A stretch of 64,000 nucleotides of DNA from Octopus vulgaris (Eukaryota). Positions 27,505 through 41,629 of this stretch are shown here, piece by piece. The stretch lies in assembly GCA_951406725.2 (NCBI GenBank), contig OX597822.1, forward strand, positions 57,598,001 through 57,662,000, in the 5' to 3' direction. Numbering within the stretch: the stretch's first letter is position 1; each line of letters starts with the position of its first letter. Made by a program: the position numbers and the translations under genes. The notes beneath the pieces are model-generated. The model was not told where the DNA came from. It worked only from the letters and a program-made list of their open reading frames with translations, and searched no databases.

Positions 27505-28091
27505 ACAAGGGCTCTTACTGGAAATGAAATTCCACATCTTCAAAGTTCTCTTGAATGCTTGATTTGACCGATTGTCACGGCAAGTCTAATTAATGGGATC
27601 AGTAACAATATCATCGAAAAAGAATGACTCAATTAATCCTTTTGATGATAAACCACACCATGCTATAGCTACAGGTAAATTAAGATGATGTTCCTCTGTA
27701 ATATATGGCTTTTCAGGTCCCCAGTAGTTGCAATTGTTGCACAGATTTTCTTGAACTCTAGCAATATGTTTCAAGTATCCTTTCTTACTTTGTGGGGCTC
27801 ATTGATGTCTATGGTTTTCTGAAACATTTCATGTGGAGATTCTGAACAGTTCCATCTGCTTCAAACTTATCTCTAATTCGAGTGATGGTAAGTAGCATAG
27901 GTGGATCTGTTTGAAATTTCGCCCTAAATTATCTTTACACTTCAACTACATTTTTCAACTTCGAATAGCACTTCATGTTCAAAGCGTAGTCTGGTTCCCT
28001 TCATCATTTCCAATGGGCTAAATTTTTTTTTAAAAATGGAAACTGAGTTATCAGCTGTTAAAGTGTGCATACATTTTGTGGGGACACCCTG
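27505..28091 (-). mobile_element. Tc1/mariner-superfamily transposon relic (DUF4817-type HTH plus partial DDE)
   Basis: Terminus cagggtgtcccc. Minus-strand peptides FRAKFQTDPP..LTITRIRDKFEADGTV and NCNYWGPE.P...HHLNLP...[14 protein letters not shown], with deletions and stops. Confidence 0.8.
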
Positions 28092-29249
28092 TGTGTACAC
28101 ACTCACAGTTGTCTCTCAGGGAAGTTATGATGTGTGTGTGTGTATGTGTGTGTGTGCATATGCATGCTTGCTTTGATAGTATGCTATAATTATGTTACTA
28201 CCCTCTTCAGTCATTACAATGGGAGTTACATTAAAGTCACGAAAAGTCGTCATCATTTAACACTGGTTGTCAGTCAGTTTGACATTTGGGCTTACATTAT
28301 ATCATGATAATTATCGCATTACATGTTAGTTTATAAACTGATTTATATTGCATGATAAATCAATTTTTAAAATAGTATCCCATACACTCCTATGATTTAT
28401 GTGAGTACCAATTATTGAATGTGTTGTCATAGCTGACCAGGAATTGAGCTATATCTGAAGGTGCTAAGTCTTCACATTCAGTTAATTCTTAATCTTTTAC
28501 TTTGTATTATTTTTAGAAACAAATATTTGATTAAATGTGTCACTAAACTACTGCAAATGTGCTACAAAAGATCTTTATATATATATCTGAAGAGAAATCA
28601 TTTCAATTGTCTGCTATATACAGATCACAGAATATTCAAGTTTCATTATGTGTTGTGTGAAACTATAGAGAGCAAATATGTTGAACAGATGACAAAGGAA
28701 ATAACAATATTTCCTTTGATAATCCGCACATAAGAGTTTCATTGACCTTAAGTGGTTGCAACCCTCTGAAATCTATTGTCAACCAAGGTTATTGGCCAAC
28801 CATTAATATAGAGTCTACATTAGTGTATCTAAAAGTTAAAGAGAAACAACAACCACATGAATTAATCCTACACATTCTTGACTCTTGAAATATTATTCTC
28901 TGATGAGAAGAAAACAAAAGAAATTGACAGCTTGTGCAAGCTCTAAGGATTCTTAACATTTGAGAAACAATACCACATGCAACCAATTAATAATAGTTGA
29001 TTCTTCCAGAATTATTTCACATTTGAATGTGTGTGTGTGTGTGTATTTATATATATGCTCTCTCTCTCTCAAAAAAAAAAGTGTTTTTGTATGCTTAAAT
29101 GCAGTCTACATTAACCCGATAAAGAACTCAATACAAATGTAGAGCCATCTCTTTTGTGAAGTTCAACCTCTTGAGATTGGGTTTTCATCACTTTATCCTC
29201 TGTCTTTTTAGGTCTTCATCTTCCATGGGCAATCATCTACTTTGAGTGC

Positions 29250-29770
29250 TTGACACATTAAGTAGCTGTTGTCATTCATATATATAACAATCAAATGTCT
29301 GTATTAATACAGTCTTATCTCTTGCATACTACATCTAATTCTTATACACAACTTTCCTCAGATCATTTGTATTCCAGCATTCATGTACACCAATATTATA
29401 CATCCAGCAAAACATGCTCACTTCATTTATTTCTGTTCTCCTCAAATCCTCTGCATTCAGGGGCCCATGTCTCACTACCATAAACCATCATACTTTACAC
29501 TCAAGCATCATACAATCTGTTGTCCACACTAAGAAGTCCTTTGGTTTCCACTAGATGTAACAGCTGTATGAACATTTTCAAGTCTATTCTTACTCTGGTT
29601 ACTATGCTTTTGGAATCCCCTGCCACTGCTAATTAGGTCACATACATAACAGAAACTTTTGACTACTTGTAGAGCATCATGAGAGCAGTTGATAAAATCT
29701 ATTTCCTGGATGCTCCTGTGCATCTGTCACATGTGAAATCTGCCTTTGTTCTCACTACACTTTTTATGCA
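29250..29770 (-). mobile_element. RTE-clade LINE fragment
   Basis: Minus peptide LQVVKSFCYVCDLISSG (cf. 'VVDSFCYLGD'). Homologous to 17270-17700. Confidence 0.7.
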
Positions 29771-32700
29771 TGAGTCCTGTCTTTTCTACTTACGAATGTT
29801 GACGTGGATGTAAGAAAACTATTTTTTAAACCAAATTCTTCCCCTGAAGCTAGAAAAAAAATTATTTTTGTTTTTGTACATAAATAATTTAGATAAAGAG
29901 TTAAACATTTGTAGTTGGTAAGTTGTGTGTGGAGAGAGTTCATCTCTCTTTTTATAAAAAAAATGTTATGTTTGTTACATTAGTATATGGTAGATTTTGT
30001 TTACCACACCAAATCTTTTATGTAACTAATATTTCAGGTCAATTAAGCACAGCTGGATTTTACATCAGTTTATATAAGTCGTGTTTTGTTTTTGATTCTC
30101 TGCCTCCTTCTGCTCCAATTGAGTAGACTAAATACTGTTACATCATCTATGGAAATAGAACACCACTTTTCCCATTAATTGTATTCACCACTCACTCCTT
30201 GGGTGACTGTGAAGCTAATTCAGCCATGGCTGATTATGCATTAAGTATTGTACAGCTTCAAACTGCTCAATAGCTAAACAGCTATATATAAACCTTGAAT
30301 CCCAGATACTTTACTAGTAGGCTTTCCTATCAAAATGTGTTTGATGTTTATAAACTAGGCAAGAGATATCAGAATCCCAGCTACCAATACTTAGCTTTTG
30401 TGTTAAGTTTTTCTGCCTTTAGTCTCTTGTTGCTTTTTCACGTTTTCCTATGGATTAAATGGATCGTTTCTGTGACCTACTCCGTGTCCTCTAAACACTG
30501 TCATCCTCTTTTTCATTGCTACTGGACAACCTTGTTTATTTTGATAATGACCCCCCTCTCCTCCCTTCCAGTATGGAACTTAAATATTAAATAGCCACCC
30601 TTCTCTCCTCTTCCACTCCAGTTACTGATCACACTATAGATAGGTAAATAAGAGGAAAAGACTGGGACTTTGAGGCAAGATGGCACAGGTTGTGCAATAT
30701 TGTAGGGCACTGCTTTGCAAAACCACTCAGGCCAAGAAATAATTTCTTGACATCAATAATAGAGGCATTGTTATGAGAAATGAAGGTGGGAGTCTTGAAC
30801 ACTAATAGATGGTGAAACTATGGATAGTTATAATTCTCTTACTATTTTAGACTTATAGTTATAGCCATGCTCATTCTCTGTTATTATAAAACCTTTATAG
30901 TATTTCTTTGCATTTATGACTCCCTGCATTTTGGATTTATAGGAGAAGTAACAGGAAATAGGGTGTTGGTGTTAATTTGGTCATTTCTAAAGATCATTAT
31001 CAGCATGTGTATAAGGGCTTCAAGTAAGAACTGAAACTTCGTTGTAATGTTGGCCTATTGAACATTTTAACCCTTACACTGTGAAATTTGATTTCATGGT
31101 TATTCCAGTACTGCTGCAAGTCACCTTGCCTCAATAAACTTGACATATCTCAAAAGAAAATAGTTTCAAACATAACATTCCTCAACAAAAGATAGGTTGG
31201 TATATAAAACTACCTTCCACTGTTAGGAGTAATGAAGTTTTCAGTGGATATATCTGCTTTTTACAGGATATTTATTGTCATTGTATATGTATGGGCATGC
31301 ACATATGCTGTGAAGAAATATTGTCAAATATGCACAAGTATTTATGTTTACCTCATCTCATTGTCAGCAATTAAGTTATACCAACTGCAGTGGTGACTGC
31401 ATGTGTATGTCAGACTAACTCAGAAAACAAAAAAAAAATAACAAATAATAAATAAAAAATAGGCCAAAATTATAAATTAGCTGTCAATTTTAGCAAGTGT
31501 GTGTGTTTGTGGATGAGGATGGACAGAAGGTCCTTGTGTAAAGGCAGCATTTTTTTCTTTGTTCCATTAACTGACACAATATTCAGTTATCAGATTAAAA
31601 TACCTATTAAATCTGAAATATAAAATATTGCTAAATATGTGAGTGTTTGTATTCTTCCTCTTCCTCCTTGCTCTAAAGTTTAAATGATAATGATAGCAAC
31701 ACTGATTAACTACTAGCTTTTGGGGGGGTGGGGGTGAGTAGAAGTGTCACAATTTGTCATTGGGTCAATCTGACTTTGAGAAGGCAATGACATTTTGAGA
31801 TCAAAACCATCAACAACAGTTACACATACGCACAATGTACAAAAGATCTCATACTTCACATAACAACAACCTAATATTTTCAAACATTAGAAATACACCA
31901 GGTTCTATATTATCACACATCATTCATTCAATTCAGCCCTCTCTATTCTACAGTTGGATAAAGATTTTCCCCTTATCTCTTTATAACTTTTAGCTTTATG
32001 TACCTGATCTTCAATTTTTGTAGTTGTCGTAGTAGTAGTAGTAGTAATGGTGGTGGTCCTAATTCATAAGTACTTGTAGATGTTGGTGAATATAATTGGT
32101 TAGTAACCTGTAATACACCATCCATAATCCTAGGAGCTGCAGTTGGACTTTGGTTTAATACTACTGATCCAACAAGAACAGATTTTAAAGGTATTGGGAT
32201 TTTAGTAGTCATTTGGAGGAGTTTGGGGTTCTGCTGTACCATTCTAACCTATTGCATGTTGGCACACCTCAGCAGTCAATTAAAGAAATTAAATTTCTTC
32301 CCTTGCCCCTGTACTTAACTGGTACTTTATTCTAGTGATATCAGATGGATAAGAAACAAAATTACCTTGAAGGATTTGAATGCAAAATGTGAAGAACCAG
32401 GACAAATATCCACAAGAGATTTTGTTCAACTTTTATTCACAAAGTGCACAGAGAAATCAAACTTAGGGCTAAAACTCATAATTAAAAAAGGAGACTTCTT
32501 AACCATTTAGCTAAATCTGTGCCCATGGTAAACAATACAAATGATACACATTTATAAAACAATGACCCAAGCCACACTAGAATGCTGTTTGACTCCCTAT
32601 AAGTTCAAACTCATCAATATACAACACCTCTTTCTCCAATAATTGTGTACTCTTAACTTAAACCTGCTGGGTGATTGCACAATGTAAAGCATTAGCATTC

Positions 32701-32896
32701 TTATTGGTTAGTCCTTAAATCTAACAAACTGTTATCATTACATTATTATCATCATCATCATCATCATTATTTAATGTCCAATATTTTCTATTTCTCCATG
32801 GCCAGACATGTTTTTGCAAAATATTGGAAATGAATGATACTGCTTGTATGACAGTGACACTCATTTACAACTATCATGCGATGTCTAAGCAAGGAG

Positions 32897-32931
<35 letters not shown>

Positions 32932-34780
32932 CAGGCTTCTTTCAGTTTCCATCTATCAAATCTACTCACAAGTTCAGCCTGGGGCTATAGTAGAAGACAA
33001 TTGACCATGGTGCCACACACTAGGACTGAACCCAAAACCAAATGGTTGGGAGGAAAACTGTTTTTCACTCATTTCATTTCACATTCATGAAATAATGCAA
33101 TGAACATTCGCTTCTCCCTCTTGACTGCGCCACTGCTGTTTCCTTTGTTACATCACCTGTATTTTTAGAACCTCTTATAAAAACCTTTTATTTATCTCTT
33201 CTTCATTGTTCTCCAACCTTCTTTCACATATACCTTAACCCCACCTACTTTAGTTGTTGCACCAAATTTCAGTTTCTATTTTGCTGGGTTTTATGGTTTT
33301 TTTCACCCCCATTTTTTTTAATTTTCCTTGTGCATGACTAAAATTTTGTTGTTGTTACAGAGTTGAACATTTGTAAATAAATTGTTGGGACAAATACTTT
33401 CACAATACATTATTATTATTATTATTATTATTTTATTTTTGTTTATTTTTGTAGCTTCTATAGAGACAGTGCCACTTGTAGAATCTTACAAAAGTCAGCA
33501 TGTTTTAACTTGGCACCCTAAGACAGTTGCAGAGAACCATAATAGAATCCGTGTAACAATCTCTGAAAATTTGACCATGTAGTCAGTTATCTAATATATT
33601 CTAATTCAGTTTCAAATAAAAACAAAAATGATTTTGAATTTTAAGTATTTTTATGTTTAGCATTCATTTGGTTAACCATGGTTCCTGGATTTTATTTCCC
33701 ACCTTTGAAATTGGGTTGAGCTCTTTGGCAAGACTCTTTAATGTGTTTACTAAATCTGTTTTGCAACAAACTAGGTATCATTTTCAGCTTGTGGTTAAAC
33801 AGCACATATTTAGTAATCCATAGAAATTGACTTAACTCTCACAGCCTTATAATAATATAAGGATGATACAAAAGCATAGAACAAATTTGTTTCTTAAATT
33901 AATAAAAAGAAAACAATTGTTATTAATGTAGATTTGTTGACTATTGTGTTATATTTATGGGCGATTAACTACAGAACCCCACAAAGATTGACACATGTAA
34001 ACAAATAGGATAACACTAGGTTGCTGTGGTTAATTTGTTGGAGATATTGAACATGAAAATTATTTTGGACAAACAGTTACCTCATATTGGCTATTTAATT
34101 CTTGAGTTAAAATTTTCAACAACTCTTACTAAAATAACTAATCTGTCTTTGGATGTCTTAAAATACAAACTTCTCATTCAAGACACATGATCATTCATTC
34201 AACTAATAGTTTGCCTGAAAACTAAAAATAATAATAATAATAAAAAAGACCTTTAACTTAACTAACATACTTGTTAACATATCTATTGATGTTGTTACTG
34301 ATGTTCTAGTTGTTAATTGTGCAGCATGTTTACTTAACCATGTGTAACCTTACTAAATTTACTAAACGCATACCAACACCATATTTTATTTGTTGTTCTT
34401 GTTTGTCTTATTTATTTATTTATTTATTTTGTGCATTTTCTTGTCAGTTTGTTTATATTAAACTTGTCTTTATGCTAGATTATTTTTATAAATTCTTTGC
34501 TAGATTTCATCCAGTTTTTAAAAAAATTAAAAAAGTAAACATTTTGATAATCTTTCAACAGTTACCACATTTTTCCACATCTGCTACTGTTTCTCTGAGA
34601 TGATGGGTTATGTTAACATTTTTTATTTTTGCATTTTGTTTCTGACCTGTTTTTATCATTACATGTGATTACATGTTTCTGTAAATTTTGGATCTGGTCA
34701 TCAATGTGTGCATCTGGTTAACTGTTTCTTCCTTGCTAAAAGTTTCTTCTTTTTCTTTTTTGTCCTTCTTATTTTCATAG

Positions 34781-34821
34781 GCATGGAAACGATGGTGTAC
34801 TCAGATCTTATCAGCACTAAG
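34781..34821 (+). CDS. NRBP1: NRBP-like exon D (AWKRWCTQILSAL-S)
   Basis: Long pyrimidine tract plus catag acceptor, 41 nt (phase 0-2), donor gtgaga. AWKRWCTQILSALS is the NRBP motif. Confidence 0.95.
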
Positions 34822-35892
34822 GTGAGAATAATTACCTTGATTTGCTCCTGTGTCTTGGGAAAATCTCTTATTTGAACAAATGTTCATGTTTAGTACATAG
34901 TAATGTGAAAGTGACAAAGTAAAAGTAACTTGACACAGACAAGATGGACAGTGGTAGTGGCACACTTGATTTATTTTTTGAATGAAGTAACATAGGTGTG
35001 AGGAGAAGGAGAAAAGAAGTTAATGGAGCATAAGCCATCAACAACTTGACTGTTCACGGCTGTCTTTTCAGCTTCTTCTCCCAGGTCTTATTGGTTTTGG
35101 ATTGCCATCAATGCTTCTGTAACCTTGCTATTTTTCCAGATAGGGGTGTTGGGCTTGTGCAAACCCATCTTTACCTCTGGGAAGAGGTGACCCATATTAG
35201 TTTGGCCTCTGTCTTTTGACCAAGGACATGCACTCTGTCAGCATAGCTCCTGGCATCATTAAGGTATACAAGCCATCCATCACACCAAACAAGGGCTTGA
35301 CCTTGTGATGTAGTAGTAAAATATCTTACATTAAGACCTCTAACTTAGCAAGAGCAAAAAGAACTGGAATTAAAATGATGCTGCAATAAAATAAATTGAA
35401 AATAATAGTGATTTAGTGAAAGGTGCCACCTACCTCTATTTAAAAATTAAGGCCAAGTCTTGAGTGAGGGAACTTTACAATAAAACTAACTTATAATTCA
35501 CACTTGTAGAAAGTAACAAAAATGGTCATGAGGAAATATGCTCCATGATTTTGCATAACCTTGAATGATGTTAAAGCTTTTCTTCATATCATAAATGGGA
35601 TTTTAACTTTTTATTGTCTCAGTTTTCTAAATCTGTTTATTGTTGTTGGACTCCCAAGTCAAGTCTCATTGAGCAGACCTACAAATTATAAGGGAACCAG
35701 CTGTGATTATCCCTGGACAATATGCACAACTACAACTACTTTTTCTAGTTGGCAGTCTCATTTGGTGAGGTGGATTTGGCTGCTATTTGGGTTGGGTAAC
35801 TACCTCGAGCACACCCCTTCTTGGTGCCACTTGTTTGTTATACATTATAATGGTGATGGCATGCATGTTGTCTGAGTGAACAGATATATTTA

Positions 35893-36230
35893 TGCCAGTG
35901 CTGCCTGACTGGCACCCATGCTGGTGGCACATAAAAAGCACCATTCAAGCGTGGTCAATGCCAGTACTGCCTGACTGGCCCTCATGCTGGTGGCACATAA
36001 AAAGCACCATTCAAGCATGGCCATTGCCAGTGCTGCCTGAATGGCTCTCATGCCGATAGCACATAAAAGCACCCACTACACTCTTGGAGTAGTTGGTGTT
36101 AGGAAGGACATCCAGCTGTAGAAACCTTGCCAAATCAGATTGGAGCCTGGCACAGCCTCCTGGCTTGCTAGTTCCCAGTCAAACCGTCCAACCCATACCA
36201 GTATGGAAAGCGGATGTTAAACAATGATGT
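35893..36230 (+). mobile_element. Family C SINE-like element with three 66-bp tandem units
   Basis: Units start at 35893, 35959 and 36025 (tgccagt.ctgcctga.tggc...gcacataaaa.gcacc). Confidence 0.8.
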
Positions 36231-36723
36231 ATTTAAATTTTTTTTTTATTTTACATCCATTTGTTTCTTTTTGTTTTTGAGCATGCACATCAAAGATGTA
36301 TTCTTTGTTGGAGCTATTATTTTTACATTTGGGTGTCCTTACTGCTAACTACTAAATCAGAGTTTAAATTAAAACTTTTTTTTTTTCGAACATTTTATTT
36401 CTCCTTTTGTCAATCAAGCAAACTAAAACAAGTGCTATGTCCTTTGCTCAGGAGCTCAAAATAATGTCACAGTGTGATGGTCATCCAATACCTTAATTCT
36501 AGTTTTTGTATTTTATCAATATGTGGTTGTTACATATGGGGTACAAATGTTCACAGGCTTGGGAACAGAGGGTGTAGGGAGTGTGCTTGCTGCCCCACTA
36601 GAATTTTGGGTGGAGTGAAGATGCTTTGGACATTCTCCCGAAAGATTTCATTGCCAAAACAAATGAGCATAAAAACATTTTTGAACTGATCTAAAACATT
36701 TTTCCATTATTGGATTTATTTGA

Positions 36724-36940
36724 AGGCAGCAAGCTGGCAGAAACGTTGGCATGCCAGGTGAAGTGCTTCGCGGTATTTTGTCTGTCGTTACGTTCTGAAT
36801 TCACATTCCACTGAGGTTGACTTTGCCTTTCATCCTTTCGGGGTCGATAAATTAAGTACCAGTTGCATATTGGAGTTGATCTAATCGACTGGCTCCCTCC
36901 CCAAAGATTTCAGGCTTAAGTCTAGAGTAGAAAAGATTAT
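36724..36940 (+). mobile_element. Family B SINE
   Basis: gcaagctggcagaaacg head and ctttgcctttcatcctttcggggtcgataaattaagtaccag core. Confidence 0.8.
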
Positions 36941-37581
36941 TGGATTTATTTGATTTGATTAATGACAATTATTATACCTATGTTTGTTTTGCTATTGAAA
37001 TTGAAAAAATTGACCTTTTTTGTAAAAAGTTTTGGACCTGGGCTTGCACCTACAAGCAAATTTCATTCTTGCACTTTTATTTTTTTTACTTGTTTCTGTC
37101 ATGACTCTGGTCATACTGGAGCACCACCTTTTAGTCAAAGAAATCAACCCCAAGACTTACTCTTTGTAAGCCCACTACTTATTATCGGTCTATTTTGCTG
37201 AACTACGAAGTTGCGGTTGTCAAGAGATGGTAGCAAAGCCTGAGGCTATAGTAGAAGATACTTGCCCAAGGTGCCATGCAGTGGAACTGAACCCAGAACC
37301 ACGTGGTTGGGAAGCAAGCTTCTTACCACACAGCCACACTGCACCTATGCAAATGTTTCTTGTCATTCATCTTCATCATCATTTAGCATTTGTATTCCAT
37401 GGCTGCATGAGTGTCGGGTTGAGAGATGTGACAGGTCAGAAGACTGTGTCTAGGTCAATGTCTGTTTTGATATGGTTTCCCTCTCTTGGCTGCCCTCCTT
37501 TTCTTATAAAGTTCAGTTATTATTTTATTGATTTGTTTTATTTTATTTGGCTTTAATCTTTATTTTAATTCTATTTTCTAG

Positions 37582-37676
37582 TTATCTACATTCCTGTGAC
37601 CCACCGATTATCCATGGTAACCTCACCTGTGATACTATTTTCATCCAACACAATGGACTGGTCAAGATTGGTTCAG
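37582..37676 (+). CDS. NRBP1: NRBP-like exon E (S-YLHSCDPPIIHGNLTCDTIFIQHNGLVKIGS), pseudo-catalytic loop
   Basis: Acceptor ctattttctag, 95 nt (phase 2-1), donor gtaaac. HGNLTCD stands where HRDLK is expected and KIGS where DFG is expected, as in NRBP pseudokinases. Confidence 0.96.
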
Positions 37677-39615
37677 GTAAACATAACAAACAGCATCAAT
37701 ACACCGTTCTCCTCATTACTATGTCTAACATGTGTATGTGTGTGTGTATGTGTTTCACATATATTCATTAGTCTTTGTGTTATTTTGTTTGTTTGTTTTT
37801 TCAAACATTATTTAGTTTTTCACTCTCTTGTTTTATCGTGTTCACAATCACAGTTTTTTCTTCTAGTGTTTCATAAGCCATATCGATTTCACTTTCTACT
37901 TCATCTCCTAAACCAAACTTTTTATTTCTAATCATTGATATAAAAATCCTATCTGGGGATTTTTATATGACCACTGTTTTTTTTTTCTTCTCCATCTCTC
38001 ATGGAAAAAAAAACTATGATAATGTTGGGATATATTAGTTAAGGGCATGGACATAATGTTTTAAAAACAACTTTTGTCAAGTTACAGGCTGATCTGAAAA
38101 TGTTATAACTGGTGTATAATAAATTTGTTGGTTCAAATTCATTTGGGTATTTTTACTATTAGTTGTAATATTTCACTTCAGCACAGAATAAGTTAACCTT
38201 TAACTTACCTGCACATCACTTAGTAAATTGAGAATCTGAAATGTTCTAAGCCAAGCAATAAGGCTTTAATTCTTAGCTCTTACCAAGTGGCATCCCTTGT
38301 AAAGCCTACAGAAGTTCAACTCCTTTTTTTTAAGTGTCTGTTCATTTATTTTTAAGAACTCAATAATCTATTCTAGATAGCAGTGGATAAATGTTATAGT
38401 TAGATATTTATTTACTGATGAGTTGATTTTGCTACATACACAAAGGAAAGAATTACTCTGTTTATTTCAGTGGCTGGCTTTAAAAGGTCAGCAGTTAGAT
38501 GTCAAACACTTCCTTCATGATTCTTAAATGAGCTAATGAAAGGGAGATTCTTGGCATTCTTTTGTTGTATGACAGATTCAACAATGTGTTCTTTGGTTGA
38601 TGGATGATGACCGTCACTAAATTCAGTTTTAATAATAGTTAAATTATTATCCAAAATGACTTAGACAATATGAAAAAAGAATTAGAGATTTTTTTTATTC
38701 ATACTTGTTTCAAATGAAAATAATTATGATGTGGTAGCAATATATCAATTTGAACTGATGCAATATTATTTATTGATTTGAAATTGTATATGTTGAAATA
38801 ATACACATGTATCTATCTATTGTATCATTTTATCTGATTATAGCTTAGACCGTCTGAGTAGTCATTTGAACTACTATCTTTATTCTGTTTTTATATACCT
38901 TTCTATGTACTGGCCTGATGATTTATTGTCAAATTATTTAAAGTGATTCCCGAAACAGCTACAGCAATGCATTCATATGTACTAATCCAAACACAATCAA
39001 TTTTATCTACACTCAAGAAATATATAGATGCAAGCACACAGTTATACCCATACCTCCATGCAACATACACAACAAACTGTTCTATAAAGAGTGTGGATAT
39101 GTTTATAGTTAATATCTGTTGGTAACTGTTTTGTCATTAAAAAATAGTTTGGAGTTCAGTTGTCATTATTTATCTATTCAGAAAGCATTGTTATTATTTA
39201 TCTGCACATAACCAAAACAACAGTTAGCATAGCTTAGATTTCAACATGTAGATACTTGTGCCATAAGTCAATGTATGGAAAAGTGACAAATATCTGCTGT
39301 AGCAATGTTTGTATAATAATTGGATATTGTTGGATGAAGAAAATATCTACAGGATGAGCCTATGCTCACAAGTAGGACCTTGAGATGTTTGACAAAAGAT
39401 GCAAAACAGCTGTATTATTTAAAAACTTATAAATTGCAAGACCATCTTAAAATGTTTGGCTAGTTAAAGAAAGAGTCTTTTACACAATTTAAACATTATT
39501 CATGAAGACAATTTCTCAGAAACTAGTATAATTGGAACAGATGATTTTCCTTTGAAAAAATTCTACCAGTCGAAAATAACCTTCTTTTGGGGAAAAACAA
39601 ACTAAAACTCTAGAT

Positions 39616-39806
39616 CAGTGGTTCTCAGCAAGGGTCCATATGACCAATAGGGGTACATTTAAGATTTTGTTGTTAAAATTTAACTGCAATATGTTGGTTA
39701 TACTTCTACAGTACACAAAATATTTTAACAGTTTTTTATTATAAAAATATAATAGGGAATTTTTTTAACACATCAATCATTGGCAAAAAATGGTTGAGAA
39801 CCACTG
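39616..39806. mobile_element. Non-autonomous hAT (Charlie-like) MITE
   Basis: TIRs cagtggttctca / tgagaaccactg. 8-bp TSD ctctagat / ttctagat (7 of 8 identical). Confidence 0.85.
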
Positions 39807-39809
39807 TTC

Positions 39810-40320
39810 TAGATGAAATAGTATCCAAATTAGTTGCTACCTATGAATCTCCAATGAAGCAATAGTTACAAGTGCTTTTATTGGTAGAGCTATTATAATT
39901 AATAGTTTGGGTTTACTGAAGAAGGTTCTCATTTAATGCAAATAATTCAAAGGCAATATGATTTGGAGGAAAAACAACCAGCTAATAGAAAGGAGAGTTT
40001 TGAAAAATTAAGTGTTTCTTTAGATGAATATACATTGCTGCTAAATCACAGATGTTTGAATGTAATTGTACATATGTCAGGTAAATTCTGGAATTTAGGA
40101 ATGATCAGAATTTATTGAAGTTCATCTGCTGAAAAACTAATTGAATCTTTTGAAACAAACTCTGAATTCAACCTCAATTTGGAAACAAATAGAGTTGCAG
40201 TCATAACTGATGGAGCCTGTATCACGGTTAAATTTGGTAAGGAACAGCAAACATCAGTGAAATGCATGCAATTCATTTGGCTGTTTGTGATGTTCTTTAC
40301 AAGAAAACGTAATTGTAATG
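39810..40320 (+). pseudogene. Fossil hAT-superfamily transposase fragment
   Basis: Peptides SVSLDEYT..LNHRCLNVIVH..GKFWNLGMIRI and VAVITDGA..VKFGK resemble the two catalytic-Asp motifs of hAT transposases. Broken by stops and frameshifts. Confidence 0.65.
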
Positions 40321-40834
40321 AAGCTAATTTAACTAATGACCCTTCAGACAATGACAAAATTGGCAATGGTGGCACTGAGAAGGGCTAAGGACAAGAATTT
40401 TTGAAAAATGATTATAGACAGTATAGTATGTGTGTCTGTGTGTCACTGTCTGTGTTTATGTAAGGAGCGGGGGTATATAGAGTGAGTGAATGAGCTAGGA
40501 ACACAAAGTATTTAATTATACACATAATCACTTTTTAGTACATTGCTTAACTGTAGATTTATTTCCTTTCTGGCACTCATTAATTTAAGAAGTCATTGAT
40601 AGCATATTCTTTCTCTTTCGGGCTTCTTTTAATGAATGGAGGTTTTTCTCTCCATTCTACAGAATAAGAATAAACCAATAAATAATTGACTAACTAGATT
40701 GCTGACCAATTACCAGTGTTAGTTTTCCTGAAGCTTTAAAACACTATTCTAAGCTAAATAGTTGACCAAAAGTACTTTCTTCTACTAATCTTTTCGGCTA
40801 CAAGGCTCGTTAAGCAAACAACTATTCTAAAAGG

Positions 40835-40874
<40 letters not shown>

Positions 40875-41629
40875 AGAAGTATTTCAAAACTTGTATGAAA
40901 TATGTTGCTGTTGAAGATATTTTCATTATTATTTCTCTTACAATTGATATTGTTGTTATTGTTAAAAGCAATTAAATCAGTAGACTGTATAAAAAAAAAG
41001 AAACATACCTTGCAGTATTTGCTAAGGTTCTTTTACATCCTTCTTACATTCTTTTGAAGGTGGGTGTCAATAAAATAAGCAAACAGCCAAGTAGGATGGT
41101 CAGTTTAATGAAGCACATCCTCCTGCGACTACTTTGGCCTTGTGCCTATTTTAGAAATCATTATTATTAACTGGTAGTATTATTTGAACAATGCTTTACT
41201 GTATTTGTTCTGGCTCTTTGCATTCTGGTTTCAATTCCCAATGAGGCCAACTTCACCTTTCATCCCACTGGGGTTGATAGACTAAAGTACCAGTGAGTTG
41301 TGCATATGAGTGCTTCTGTCTCTATCTTCAAGTTACTCTTCATCCAAAGCCACCGGTCCTCAGTATCTGTCTTTGCATTCACATCTCTTGCAAACTAACC
41401 ATACATTTTTTTTTCTTTCCATGCTTTTCTTTTTTTGGTGTTCATTTCTTGTTTAAATTTTTCTTTCATTACACACTTTCCAGTTTTGATGATGCCAACC
41501 TTCTTTGTATGTTTCAACAATGGCTCCACAGCATTTTTTTTATATATCACGCTAAGCTGTTTTCCTCAGCTTCAATATAGTCCTGACGACTGATCAAACC
41601 CCCTCCCACCCATTATTATTATTAAGAAG

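Noticed and set aside
35893-36090. 66-bp periodic hairpin repeats resembling a CRISPR array
   Set aside because: The whole unit is repeated with no unique spacers, there are no cas genes, and it is part of a dispersed eukaryotic repeat family.
38471-38520. tttatttcag|TG GCT... as the missing 'VAPD' exon
   Set aside because: It reads VAGFKRSAVRCQTLPS* with a stop and no NRBP similarity beyond two residues.
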